Of a stretch of 64,000 nt of DNA, positions 36,099 through 49,628 are shown piece by piece (the first letter of the stretch is position 1; every line of letters begins with the position of its first letter). Source of the DNA: Eledone cirrhosa (lineage: Eukaryota); the NCBI GenBank assembly GCA_964016885.1, contig OZ024743.1:94736001-94800000 (forward strand), written 5' to 3'. Position numbers and translations under genes: made by a program. The notes under the pieces were generated by a model. That model worked only from the letters and a program-made list of their open reading frames with translations. It did not search any database and was not told where the DNA came from.

Positions 36099-39000
36099 TT
36101 AATTGTAAGTTGTGATGTTGCTGTTCCACTCATATTTTCTATTTAATTTTGGTTGTAATTCTTTTACGTTTATTGCCTCTGTAATTTGTCTAAACATTGC
36201 ATCTTTTCTGTGTGTAGATTCTATTTTTATTTCTATGTTCTCTAATTTACCCCTGTGTTCTATCTTAGCATGTTGGTAGAGTACAGATGATTCTTTATTA
36301 TCTTGAAGGTCTCGCCAGGGTTCATTTATCCGTTCCCCTATACTACGAGCTGTCTCACCTATGTACACTATATTTTTGTTTCTACATTGTCCTTCAGTAC
36401 ATCTTATGCTATACACTACATTTCTAGTTTTACAGTTAATATGGGGGCTTATTTTACAGGTTATACATTTCTTATCTATACATGAGGGTCTTTGGAACGG
36501 GTATGTCTTGCTAATAAGTGTTTTTACGGAGGTACCTGGTCTTTCTACTATCTTAATATTGAGTTTATGTTTATTTAGGGCCCTTCTAAATTTGTAGGCT
36601 AGTTCGCCTCTAGGGGTTGTGTCGATGAACATTACACTCTGGTATTTATTGCTATCATACCATGAGTTTATTCTATTGGCCTTGTTCCTAGTTCTTTCTA
36701 TTCTATTCCAAAATTTGCTCCTATACAAGGGGCAGGTCCCATTTATGTCATTATTTACCATTTTTTCCCATTTGGTTCTGGCTCCTCTATACACTCTGAT
36801 TCTATCTCTCTGATTGTACCCAGAGAACTGCATACGGTGGGTGAAGTGTTGTATGTGTCTCTCTAGTTCTTCGGGGTTGCACATGCGGGACACATTTCTC
36901 ATCACCCGTACCAAATACGCAATCAGTATGTTGATTTTGGTATGGTCCGAAATGGCCGAGTTTCGGTGGATCAGATGTTTGGAAGTCATGGGTTTGGTAT
37001 AATGGGAATGGAGGATTTGTTTTTGGTTGTTAATGGTATCTAACCAGAGCTCTGTGTCTAGTACAGGTAATCGATGGTTGGGGTGTCTACTTGGGTAGTC
37101 TATAGTAACTCTAATGCTCTGGTGGATGGAGTTTGCTATTTGCTGGATGCTTTCCATTGTGTTTTTCTCTAGTTCCTGACTGTTCTCTAGTGGGGGTGTC
37201 TTAACTACGATGTTTATATCATCTACGTAGCGGGAGTACATTATCAGGGTTAAGCTGTCTTCTAATTGTTCTTTAAGTTTAAGTCTACTGTCCCACCATA
37301 CCATGAATAAGTTAGCTATGTCGCCTGCAATGCTAACACCAATGGCTGCTCCTTCCTCTTGGGCATATGCTTTTCCATTAAATTTGAACATATGTTCCTT
37401 AAGGGTTAATTTTATGCTGGCCCCTACCGCATGTGCAATCATTTTCTTCAGTTCATCGTGGTTTTCGGGTGTCCGTATGGCTCTGGTCCACCCGTTCCAT
37501 CTATCTGTGTGGGTTTTCTTGGTCATTGAGGTAATGGTAGGTGGTCTGCCTCTTGCTGGTCTTGTAGGGCACAGGTTGCTAAGGTCATATGTGTCTAGGT
37601 AACTATTACTATGGGTAAGCTTAAGTAGAAGTCCCAGCTCACTGGTATCAATCCCACGGAACTCAACCTTGCTCTCGCTGATCATTTCTACGCATTTCTC
37701 CACAGCAAAATCCACGTCAATAGATGGATACAGGGACACAACATCCATACTGCCTATTATGCAGTTTGTTAGGTCCCCAGATCGGTTACCCACGCCGATT
37801 CTGCTGAGGAGGTCCTCCGTGCTGTCACATACATCTGGGGTCATCTCAATGATGGGGCGTATGATCAGGGAGAGGAAGTAGGACAGTCTGTAGTTACTAG
37901 CAATGTTAGCTCCACAGACAGGCCGTGTTGGTGGTCCCGCGACAGGGTCACAGCCCGTTTTATGGTCTTTTCGAAGCCCATACAACGCCGGCACGTCATT
38001 GTTCCAGGCCTGGAAGTTGTTGGCAGTCCTTTTGTTGGGCTGCATTATATTCGTCCACATCACCATATGGGCATTGAGGGCTTTTCCTCTATCCTCATGC
38101 TCCTGTGGTGTTACCTCTCTTGTGTTAGTGATGTGGGGTTGCATTGCCTGGATGTAGTTTGGCAGGCTGTCAACCGACATTCTGCCAGACTTGTCTGTTG
38201 GAAAGCATGCTATCTCTCCATTACGTGAGCGCTGCATGAGCTTACGCAAGCCATTTGCAGGTTTTTCTCCCAGTTGCTGGGCCTCTATTCTATTATGCTT
38301 CTTGCTATACTGTTCTATAATATTTCTAAGTTCGGATCTAGCTATACTAAATTGTGCTTCTGTTTGTTCATCGACCTGCGACGGCAACTGCGTGCGTTTG
38401 TTAAATGGTAAAGTCGTGGCGTGGACTCGTCGCAGGTCGAATGATTTATCGGAGGGATTATAAAACGGAGAGTTCCAGGCTGCTGCTTTATGTGTACTAG
38501 TGCTATTGTTATTGTTAGTTGTGTTGTTTCTATTTCTATTTCCACCAACAGCCTCATGGTTGTTTCTATGTCTCTCATAATTACTCCTGTCTCTTTCCAC
38601 TGGCTCAATGTTGTTATCTACCCTATTTTGTGTGTCTGTGTGTTCGTCTTGGTTATTCTCTTTGTCCTTAGTCTCCCTTCTCCTTTTAATCCTATTACTT
38701 TCCCTTATTTCTGTGATTTCTGTGCTACTGTCATTACTTGTTTTCTGTGTCTGTGTGTTTGTTAAGATTGTGGTGGTGGTGAGAGGCATTGAATGCGTGT
38801 GTGTTGTTGTTGTTGATGTGTGCTGTTGTTGATGTGTGTTGTTGTTGTCTCCGTGTGTGTTATCGTTGTTGTGTGTGTTGTTATTGTTGTTTGTGTCTGC
38901 GTGTCTGTTGTTGTTGTTTCTGGGTATGTTGTTATTGTTGTTGTTGTTGATGTGTGTGTTGTTGTTATTGTTGTTTGTGTCTGTGTGTCTGTTGTTGTTG

Positions 39001-39596
39001 GGATGTGTGTTGTATATGTGTGTGCGTATATTGTTGCTTTTGTTTTTGATGCTCCAGCGTAGTTTTGTAAATGATTTTTCTATTTCTGACAGACAACTAA
39101 TCATATTTACCTTCTTGAATGTCGCAAATTTCGGCGGCAAACATAACACAGACATTTCATCATTATCTATTTTTGCGTTCCCATATATGTTGGTGTTTTT
39201 GTTGTTGAACTCTTCTGATAATGAGGTGTCGGCCATGTTGATACCGTCAATTTTGTCGGGATATCTATTGGTATACTCTATAGTATCCTGATTTAGCTTT
39301 GCCTGTTTAAGCCACTTTAGTTTCCTGTTAAAGTGCTTATCACATTCTTGAGTAATGTACTGTTCTTCAGGGCGTATAAGGCTTATAAATATTAGTTTCT
39401 CTCTTGGTGTGTTGATCCTAGCTATTTCTTGTATTAGGTTACGCTTTTGTTTTTCTTGATGACTTAATTCTCTATAGATCTTCTTTTTTATGTTTAGAAT
39501 TAATGTTCGTTTTAGCCTATCTGCTTGTTTTTTTGGTGAGTTGTAATCTTCTAACGTCGGTATTGATGGTGTTCGTGTAGATTCTGGACGAGGCAC
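36099..39596 (-). CDS. PLE polyprotein (RT + GIY-YIG), unit B1
   Basis: Open 1165-codon frame with the same motifs as A1; retains FSGY where the other units have FSVY. Confidence 0.92.
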   Translation of the reverse strand: MPRPESTRTPSIPTLEDYNSPKKQADRLKRTLILNIKKKIYRELSHQEKQKRNLIQEIARINTPREKLIFISLIRPEEQYITQECDKHFNRKLKWLKQAKLNQDTIEYTNRYPDKIDGINMADTSLSEEFNNKNTNIYGNAKIDNDEMSVLCLPPKFATFKKVNMISCLSEIEKSFTKLRWSIKNKSNNIRTHIYNTHPNNNRHTDTNNNNNNTHINNNNNNNIPRNNNNRHADTNNNNNTHNNDNTHGDNNNTHQQQHTSTTTTHTHSMPLTTTTILTNTQTQKTSNDSSTEITEIRESNRIKRRRETKDKENNQDEHTDTQNRVDNNIEPVERDRSNYERHRNNHEAVGGNRNRNNTTNNNNSTSTHKAAAWNSPFYNPSDKSFDLRRVHATTLPFNKRTQLPSQVDEQTEAQFSIARSELRNIIEQYSKKHNRIEAQQLGEKPANGLRKLMQRSRNGEIACFPTDKSGRMSVDSLPNYIQAMQPHITNTREVTPQEHEDRGKALNAHMVMWTNIMQPNKRTANNFQAWNNDVPALYGLRKDHKTGCDPVAGPPTRPVCGANIASNYRLSYFLSLIIRPIIEMTPDVCDSTEDLLSRIGVGNRSGDLTNCIIGSMDVVSLYPSIDVDFAVEKCVEMISESKVEFRGIDTSELGLLLKLTHSNSYLDTYDLSNLCPTRPARGRPPTITSMTKKTHTDRWNGWTRAIRTPENHDELKKMIAHAVGASIKLTLKEHMFKFNGKAYAQEEGAAIGVSIAGDIANLFMVWWDSRLKLKEQLEDSLTLIMYSRYVDDINIVVKTPPLENSQELEKNTMESIQQIANSIHQSIRVTIDYPSRHPNHRLPVLDTELWLDTINNQKQILHSHYTKPMTSKHLIHRNSAISDHTKINILIAYLVRVMRNVSRMCNPEELERHIQHFTHRMQFSGYNQRDRIRVYRGARTKWEKMVNNDINGTCPLYRSKFWNRIERTRNKANRINSWYDSNKYQSVMFIDTTPRGELAYKFRRALNKHKLNIKIVERPGTSVKTLISKTYPFQRPSCIDKKCITCKISPHINCKTRNVVYSIRCTEGQCRNKNIVYIGETARSIGERINEPWRDLQDNKESSVLYQHAKIEHRGKLENIEIKIESTHRKDAMFRQITEAINVKELQPKLNRKYEWNSNITTYN

Positions 39597-39920
39597 ACTG
39601 CTTTATGAAGCATAGTTGTCGAGATGTTATGGTTTTTCGTAGACAACAGAACATGGTGGTTTTCAGTATCTTGTTAGCCTTGCTAAGGCTTACGATATTT
39701 CGTTTCTGAATTTGTTTAGCAAGATTCTTTATCTGAAATCGTGTGTTGAAACCGATATTGTTATACTTTGGGAGGGTCATGTTGCCAATAAGAAACATAC
39801 GCACCAGTTGCTTTCACTTCAATTTATTATATATTTATAAATTTATAAATTTACAAATCTACAAATTTATAAATTTCTGGTTGGTTGGTTGGTTCCACAA
39901 CCAGATAGTTGTTTATATAT

Positions 39921-39965
39921 AGTCATAGTCCTTTCGTCACACACTCTGTGACCTCTTCAGTGACT
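39921..39965 (-). ncRNA. Minimal type I hammerhead ribozyme in the PLE pLTR
   Basis: Identical to 9-53. Confidence 0.88.
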
Positions 39966-40169
39966 GGGGATTCCTTTCTTTGTTTCTGTGCCTTTCCTTT
40001 CTTCTGTCCTACGCCATTTTGTTTCTGTGTGTGTGTTGTGTGCTCAGTTTGCGCATGCGCCACATCCGGGTGTCTGTGTGTGTTTGTGTTCATTTATCTA
40101 TTTGTTTATTTATTTACATGTTATTGGTTGGTTGTTTGTTCTATGTGTGTGTGTGTTTTCATTTTGTCC

Positions 40170-42012
40170 TTAATTGTAAGTTGTGATGTTGCTGTTCCAC
40201 TCATATTTTCTATTTAATTTTGGTTGTAATTCTTTTATGTTTATTGCCTCTGTAATTTGTCTAAACATTGCATCTTTTCTGTGTGTAGATTCTATTTTTA
40301 TTTCTATGTTCTCTAATTTACCCTTGTGTTCTATCTTAGCATGTTGGTAGAGTACAGATGATTCTTTATTATCTTGAAGGTCTCGCCAGGGTTCATTTAT
40401 CCGTTCCCCTATACTACGAGCTGTCTCACCTATGTACACTATATTTTTGTTTCTACATTGTCCTTCAGTACATCTTATGCTATACACTACATTTCTAGTT
40501 TTACAGTTAATATGGGGGCTTATTTTACAGGTTATACATTTCTTATCTATACATGAGGGTCTTTGGAACGGGTATGTCTTGCTAATAAGTGTTTTTACGG
40601 AGGTACCTGGTCTTTCTACTATCTTAATATTGAGTTTATGTTTATTTAGGGCCCTTCTAAATTTGTAGGCTAGTTCGCCTCTAGGGGTTGTGTCGATGAA
40701 CATTACACTCTGGTATTTATTGCTATCATACCATGAGTTTATTCTATTGGCCTTGTTCCTAGTTCTTTCTATTCTATTCCAAAATTTGCTCCTATACAAG
40801 GGGCAGGTCCCATTTATGTCATTATTTACCATTTTTTCCCATTTGGTTCTGGCTCCTCTATACACTCTGATTCTATCTCTCTGATTGTAGACAGAGAACT
40901 GCATACGGTGGGTGAAGTGTTGTATGTGTCTCTCTAGTTCTTCGGGGTTGCACATGCGGGACACATTTCTCATCACCCGTACCAAATACGCAATCAGTAT
41001 GTTGATTTTGGTATGGTCCGAAATGGCCGAGTTTCGGTGGATCAGATGTTTGGAAGTCATGGGTTTGGCATAATGGGAATGGAGGATTTGTTTTTGGTTG
41101 TTAATGGTATCTAACCAGAGCTCTGTCTAGTACAGGTAATCGATGGTTGGGGTGTCTACTTGGGTAGTCTATAGTAACTCTAATGCTCTGGTGGATGGAG
41201 TTTGCTATTTGCTGGATGCTTTCCATTGTGTTTTTCTCTAGTTCCTGACTGTTCTCTAGTGGGGGTGTCTTAACTACGATGTTTATATCATCTACGTAGC
41301 GGGAGTACATTATCAGGGTTAAGCTGTCTTCTAATTGTTCTTTAAGTTTAAGTCTACTGTCCCACCATACCATGAATAAGTTAGCTATGTCGCCTGCAAT
41401 GCTAACACCAATGGCTGCTCCTTCCTCTTGGGCATATGCTTTTCCATTAAATTTGAACATATGTTCCTTAAGGGTTAATTTTATGCTGGCCCCTACCGCA
41501 TGTGCAATCATTTTCTTCAGTTCATCGTGGTTTTCGGGTGTCCGTATGGCTCTGGTCCACCCGTTCCATCTATCTGTGTGGGTTTTCTTGGTCATTGAGG
41601 TAATGGTAGGTGGTCTGCCTCTTGCTGGTCAGGTTGCTAAGGTCATATGTGTCTAGGTAACTATTACTATGGGTAAGCTTAAGTAGAAGTCCCAGCTCAC
41701 TGGTATCAATCCCACAGAACTCAACCTTGCTCTCGCTGATCATTTCTACGCATTTCTCCACAGCAAAATCCACGTCAATAGATGGATACAGGGACACAAC
41801 ATCCATACTGCCTATTATGCAGTTTGTTAGGTCCCCAGATCGGTTACCCATGCCGATTCTGCTGAGGAGGTCCTCCGTGCTGTCACATACATTTGGGGAC
41901 ATCTCAATGATGGGGCGTATGATCAGGCAGAGGAAGTAGGACAGTCTGTAGTTACTAGCAATGTTAGCTCCACAGACTGGCCGTGTTGGTGGTCCCGCGA
42001 CAGGGTCACAGC
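40170..42012 (-). pseudogene. PLE unit B2, 5'-truncated and frameshifted
   Basis: Has the 11-nt deletion plus a 2-nt deletion near 41124. Confidence 0.92.
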
Positions 42013-45000
42013 AAAAGGACTGCCAACAACTTCCAGGCCTGGAACAATGACGTGCCGGCGTTGTATGGGCTTCGAAAAGACCATAAAACGGGCTGTTTAC
42101 TTAAAGCGAGATAATCTTTGAATATTTTCATATTTCATAAATTATTATTTTATGTCCTAGGTCGAAGGCAAATAATCGATCAAATAGTTTCGGTTACTCT
42201 CGGGTCCTTTTAGTTTACATATTGAGACCCCAACCCACCCTATTCATTTTGTAACGTATGTGATTTCGGGTAATGTACTATTTCAGTCATATAAACGACA
42301 GGTGGGGATGGAACAGGAGCGGTCGGTATGGACACATTTGAAAAATTAACAAGCGGGGTGTCGGGGAGGGATTGTTCGAGACCCGTGAGTAGGTGAATAT
42401 TAACATAGTAACGATATCTCGGTAGCGCTAGTTTACTTAAAGGGAGATAATCTTTGAACATTTTCATATATAATTTATTATTTAGGATGCTTTCCCCAAT
42501 CATATGTTAAAGGGAGATAATCGGTAAAAGGTATCGGCTAAAAGAAATTTCAGAGTATATCAATTTAAGCCAAATTGAATTTAAATCACCTATATCAAGC
42601 TAAATCAAATCAAATCAATATCATTATCTATATTCAGAATTGGTTTGATCTTTTTAATAAAATTCTTTTCTTCTATGAATTTGTTTTGCGAGATATCTTA
42701 TCTTGAAACAGATATTGTTATACTTTGGGTGGGTCGTGTTGTCAATAAGAATACACGCACATGTCAGTTTTCACTTCAATTTATCATAAATTTCCGGTTG
42801 ATGGGTTGGTTCGGTAACCGGAGGATTGTTTATATATTGTCAAAGTTCTTTTGTCACACATTCTGTGACCTTTTCAGTGACTAGGTTGTTTTATTTTGTG
42901 TGTAGCTCCTTTGTTCTGTCCTGCACCATCTTGTTTTTGTGTGTTCTTTTCTTTTACATTTCTTTCAACTTCATTTGAGTCCTGAAGTTTATAAAATGGG
43001 AATATTATCATTTTTTTAATGCGTCAGTTTCCCAAATGACTACTTAGGGTCTTTGATCTGTTGATGGTGTACTGATGAATGTGTGTATTGTTTATATGGG
43101 CCCGTAACTCCTGGAGGAACCGTGGGTGTCGCCTTTGCCATTTTGTTAGCGGGGCATGGCTGAGGCACCGCTTAGACTAAATTATAGTATCTGTCCCTCC
43201 CCATTTCCCTTTCAATCGTTGCTTGAATATTGGTTGCTACGAGACGTGTAGAATACTCTATGCTGAGTAAATATAACAATCAATTGTTTCTTTTATCCTG
43301 GACATCCTGCTTGACGCATCTACTGGCTCATCTACAGCGAAGTCAAAGGAAGTTCTAGCCAGACAAAGCTATAACGCCGAAGCAAATCAATTAAACCGTT
43401 GATTGAAGCTATACCTACATATAGAATTAGAGAGAAAGTGACGTCCTCTATCAACTAACTTACCCTGTGGATCCCGGTCGACAAGATGGAGAATACATTG
43501 CCTCGAAGGTCGGTGAGGGAGACGCGCTGGAACAGCCATTCCACCATGCGGGGATCGCACCTGAGGAAGGCCAACCCCGCTCCAATAGCAGTGAGTAGGA
43601 ATGTGGTCTGGGGATAGTGGGGGTGACAAGAATGCCGGAAATCTCTACTGCTACAGGCCCTATCACAAACCTATCAGAGAGCGGCCGTTACTTTTCTTGA
43701 TTTAAATCCAAATAACGTTTACAATTTCCGCGTATGATTTTAATGTATAAAAATAGGAAAATATATGATGTAATATTATGTTTATTCAGATTCATAATAA
43801 AACTCAATTACAATTCTTTGTATGAAAAATAAATAATTATTTTGATAAATGAATAAATGATTACAAAAGGTAACGAAATGAAAAAGTTCATGTGATATTC
43901 TGTTCAAAATTAGCACCGGATTTCGTAAATATATATAGATATATCTCACCATATATTTATTTATTTATATATCTGTTTTACTATTGTTAAATAGTGTTCC
44001 ATATTTCTATCTTTCTCACCATTCATTCTCCATATACACAACCATTTATTCATCAATCCATCCATTTCTTTCTTCCATCCATCCATCCATCCATCCATCC
44101 ATCCATCCATCCATCCATCCATCCATCCATCCATCCATCCATCCATCCATCCATTCAATCCATACATCTTCCCATCCTGCAATCCATTCTTACGTTGACT
44201 GTTGTTAAATGATGTTCTCTCTTAAACAGTACAATTCAAACGTCTTTTGAAACTACACGTTCAAATGTGTAGTTTCATTAGGAATGTTGCTTAGTAAAAA
44301 TGTTGCTGGGTTAAAATCTATAATGACAGTATCCACGAATACATCTTTTTGTCGTGGGGTCAAACCTTCTACCATAGCCACAGGAAGCCATAATATATCT
44401 GCCATATGCACAAATAGCATAATGAGAACATATTTGTAAGCAAGGCTGTTTGTCTCTCGATTTACAATTACATGCTTTAGGAACGACACATTTTTTGTTG
44501 ATGTAACATTCTGTAATAGAGAAAGAAGAAAGGTTAGCTGAAACAAGACAAATTTACGAAATAGGAAATATATATGTATAGAATTAATAATCATTTATAA
44601 ACCAAATGCTTTGGTGCTTATCGTCTCAAATTTACAAGTTGCGTGAAGCTGAATAGTCCTACAGCAAATATGTGATTAGATGGCAGATACAACCTGAAAC
44701 TAGCAACATTTGTGTGTTTTTAAGCATACACACGCACTATATGCAAATGAGCATCGCCAACCAAAATTTAATAGGCAAACAGCATATAAGCTTTTAGTTT
44801 ATTCTTGTCTTATGACAGTGTATATAAAAGCATATCCTTATGTTTATGTATAATAATTTTAAAAGGTGTGAACATGTCACAGTTATCTCAGCAGTGGTGA
44901 GAATGCCAGGTAGATATTTATGCATTTTATCCTTCAACAGTAACATATATTTACTTGCTACTGAGACAAAATCTGCTAAAACCTATATAGTGTTTGCATA

Positions 45001-46452
45001 TCAATAATCCGCTAGTGAAAGGGAGATAATTAGGTAGCAATATCAGCGTTTTTCGTCACAGGGTTGTATATGTTTAATATATAATAAACACAAATCTCGC
45101 CTTGAAATTTTCAAAAAGTAGGGATCATGTCACAGGTATCTTAGTATTGGTGAGAATGCAAGATAGCTATTTCCGGATTGTTGTCCTTCATCAGTGACAT
45201 TTACTCACTCGCTACAGAGACAAAATGGGTTAAATCTCCTATGGTTTTTGCGTATGAGACATTAAATGGAGATGCTCATTTGCATATAGTGTGAACATTA
45301 CTGTTGAAAGGGAGATAACTATGTTGTACTAACACACACATTGTTCTTTGTCTTGTATGTTGAACCCATAACTTGTAGTAAAGGCATGGTAGTGTCATAC
45401 AGCGTTTCTTGGACATTTTTGAAACCTGATGGAGTCTACTCCACCCAAGGGCTAATTACAGTCAACTTCTTCCAGGGAGGGCGAGAGAGAGTGATAGAGT
45501 GAAGAAGTGAGTAAGAAATACAGAGGTAAAAAAATACGACACCAGTATTGGACTGGTATCTTTTATTATCGATGACGAATCGATGAAAGGCCTAGTTGAC
45601 CTCAGCAAGATTTGAACTGACAGAGTAGAGAGCCGGAATGAAGACTTCAAAGCATTCTATCTGACGTTCTAAAGACTTTGTTAATTCGCCGCCTATTTAT
45701 CTTGTAGGATACATTATATATTGTAACGAAATGTGAACCCATGAAAAACTAATGCTGTATGTCTGTTTTGGTATACGTCCTCAAATATAAACATTCTTCA
45801 CTACTCTAGTTACAATAACCTATACTGACCTATATTTGTTTATTTTAACCATGATATGGTCACATACACCCCCCTCCTTTGATAAACAGTTCTTCACACA
45901 TCGACTACCCCTACCTTTATTAGACTACAACCATCACCATCTACCATATCCATAAGAGCTACTATCACATACAAATATACATATGAGTGCACATTACACT
46001 GCTCTGAAAAGTTTAACATTATAAAAATAAGTGTTTCTACTTTTGGCACACGGCCAGCAATTACCCCAGTGCATTACTGGTACTTTATTTTATCGACCCC
46101 GTAAGGATGAAAGGCAAAGTTAACATCGGCTGGATTTGAACTCTGACCGTAAAGGGACGTAACTATGCTGGAAAGCATGTCCAACCCTCCACCGATACTG
46201 CACATTGACCGCCCAATTCACTGCCAAAAAATAATGGGTTCTAATTTAAGTAGAAAATCAGCAATTTGGGGAAGAGGAAAATCGATTAAATCGACCCCAG
46301 TACTTTCCTGGTACTTAATTATATCGGCTTCTGGAAGGATGAAGGGTAAAGTTGACTTCAACAAGATTTGAAACGAGAACGTAAAGAACCGGAACAAGTA
46401 CATGGCACTTTGTCCGGTACTTTAACGATTCTACCAATCAAAACATACATAA

Positions 46453-48382
46453 TTACTTACTTTGAGATGTTGTTGTTGTTGGTACTAGTGTTGTTGTTGT
46501 TGTCGGTACTGGTGTTGTTGTTGTTGTCGGTACTGGTGTTGTCGTTGTGGTTGTTGTTGTCGGGGTTGTTCTAGTTGTGGTTGTTGTTGTTGTTCGAACT
46601 GGTGTGGTCGTTGTTGTAGTCACATTACTGCTGGTAAATGGCCACCGGCTGTCATCACAGTGGAAAACAATTGGAATATTCTGGTGCTTCAGTTTCGGTC
46701 GAATCTGGTTGTTATAATCCCAGACCTTCATGTAAGTATCTGCGAGGGTTTTACCGTAGAAGGCAGTATCGTTACGAGTTATGTTCAAAAGTCCTATACA
46801 TTCTGTGTATCTTGGTGGGTTGGAACCTGGAACTAAGCAAGATGGCCGGCATATTCTTCCACATTGTTCCGTAACTGTTAGAAATACGAGAGCAGCTCCT
46901 TTTTCGGGGTCTCTGATACCGATATAAGCTAGATCTGATGATACAGCTAATCTACGGTCCACTACCACCATTTCTTCATAATTTCCAAAATAATTGATGC
47001 CACTGGCTTGAACATTCACTCTTCCTGCTGGTCCACAACACTTATTCATTCGACAAGTAGAATTACTGGACGAGGAATTTTTGGATAGACTGTTGTCGTA
47101 TATATCATTCAATAAGTTTGGTTGACCATTTACGATTGGGAAATTTCCAAATCTCATCGTCTCGTAAGGTCGTTCGTAAATTATTTCGATCGGAATAAAT
47201 GCCCATTCTTTTAAATCACACACACGGTTGATACAAAACATATTTTGATAGGGAATGAGAGTATTACAACGAGTTGTTGATTTAGATTTTGTTACACATC
47301 TTCCATTTTCGCATGTTAAGTATCGAGGATTACAAAGATTTGGATTGTAAGTACAATTTCCAAGTAAGTAATCATATTCATATCTGTAAATACCAGTGTA
47401 ACTTTGAGTTACTTTTAATGCTTCTGCGACTGTTAAATTCATAATGCCAATACTTTGGTTGGGAGCATAAATATCTAAACCAAAATTCGAAGGATAATCT
47501 GTTGCAGGATCGATGTTGTTTTTCTTTTGGTTTTCATTGAAACGTGTGTGAACAAGTTCTACATAACTGTGAAGTAGAAAGAAGAAAGGATCCATGGGTG
47601 CAGATGGAATCATAGACATATGTCCTCCAACAGAAACGTGCATAGAATTATGCATAAGTTCAAAGTTATAGCGTCGGTCAGCGTTTGGTTCTGATATTTC
47701 CTCGAGTTTCGTTCGAGTGAGAACATCTTCGATATTACGATGTGTTGGCAAAGTTGTGCTGAAACCTCCATTCCTTACTAGATGACCAGATGGTGTGGTC
47801 CAATTAGCAAACGGTCCACGATTTACAAATCCATTGACTGTTCCCATGAACGTGTCCGACCAGATAATGGAATCTCGAGGATTAGAAAGAGAAGCATCAA
47901 GAGTTGGATCCCAAAATGGAATTGCTACAGTTGGTACTTTTGTACGAAGAGCATCTTCCATCCTGAAATTTAAAAATAAAAACCACATTAACATATTTCT
48001 AATGACATATTTAATGAATGAAATATTACGAGGGATTTATTTAAATTATCAATTATTTTAATTATTAAGATCGTATTTGTTTCAAAACTTATCTAACGGG
48101 CTTAAATAAAATTTATATAAAATTCTCCGAATTGAGAGATCACAGCTCCGATACTATAGGCATGTGGAAGGAATGTCTCAGGAAAGAATCGCTGGACAGA
48201 TTTTACGGCCAAAACCAACCGGCAGGAGGCCCAGGAGTAGACCCGAGCATGATGGTCGGACCACATCCATGAGCCTGGCTGGTTTCGCTTGAGGATCCAG
48301 TCGGATCAGTTGGAGATGGTTGCTTCTGACAGGACCGACTGGAATGAGTGTGTGACGACTCTGCCTTCACGACCCTCTCAGA

Positions 48383-48449
<67 letters not shown>

Positions 48450-49592
48450 TGTTTGTGTATGTTGTGTTATGTTGACCTAGGATTTTGGATATAAAATAGT
48501 AGTAATCTTCGTTTTTTTTCATTAATGCTTTATTTTAACATAGATGGAGGAAAAGACTATGAAAGGGGACCAAAAGGGAAATGAAAAGAAGAAAAAAAGA
48601 AGAATCAAGCAACGAAAGAAAGGGAAAATGGGGGACAGATACTACACCCCAGTTTGAGCAGTGCCTCAGCTGCGCCCTGTGGACAAAATGACAAAGGCAT
48701 ATACCACGGAGAATGGCTAGAGATACCCGCTACAACAGCCATCCCATCTCACGGGGCTTCCTCCTCGAGCTAGCTGCTGTCTTTCCGATAAGCATTGTGG
48801 GGACCACGGACATCAGAGGTCTCGACGGACACCGGTACAACGAAGAAGCGGTTGGTCAGGACCCGGTATTAAACTACAATTATATTTCATGCCTTGCGGT
48901 ATTCATTTTGGCTATCTTCTCTCTGAGTTCAAATCCCGCCGAGGTCAACTTTGCCTTTCATCCATTCAAGGTCGAAAATAGTACCAGTCTAGTACTGGGA
49001 TCGATACTTCCTCTATATATCTTTCTCACTTTCATTCTCTCACTCTATCTTTCTCTGGAAGAAATCTGCTTTATTCAGAACTAGGGTGGAGACGGGCTCT
49101 GTCAGGTTTTAAAAAATACCATAGAATCACTGTATGTCAATATGGGGCTCCTACAAGTCCCACACAAGAACAACTGTTAAAACAGCAAAATGCCGACAAT
49201 ATTCATGGAATAATGGCGAAAAATCAGCGCAAGAGTAGCTGTTAAAACATGGTATTTAACGGCATTTTGGTGTTAACAGCTATTCTTGCGATGAGTTATA
49301 TTTTTCATTATTCTATGAATTCTAATATTAAAGTTATTAGCATAATATTACAGTAGAAAAAATAAGTAATTGGAAAATACTGAATTATTTACATTTTTAA
49401 ATAAACTCTGTGCCAGGTGAGGAATACAGGACCATTGTGAGCATTTCTGGCAGTTGCACCTGTATGGAGGAAGGCGATAGCATCGTAAACATTTGGTTCC
49501 ATGCTCTGTAAGATAAAGAAAGAGATATAAGACATTACAATCATTGAAACAAAGTATGGAGGCAGGTGTATATATATACACACACACACACG

Positions 49593-49628
<36 letters not shown>

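Larger units (their letters stand above)
35262..42096 (-). mobile_element. Penelope-like element array B (3' pLTR extension, one full 4071-bp unit, a truncated unit, and an inversion at 42013-42096)
   Basis: Homologous to array A, with a sharp start at 35262. Confidence 0.95.
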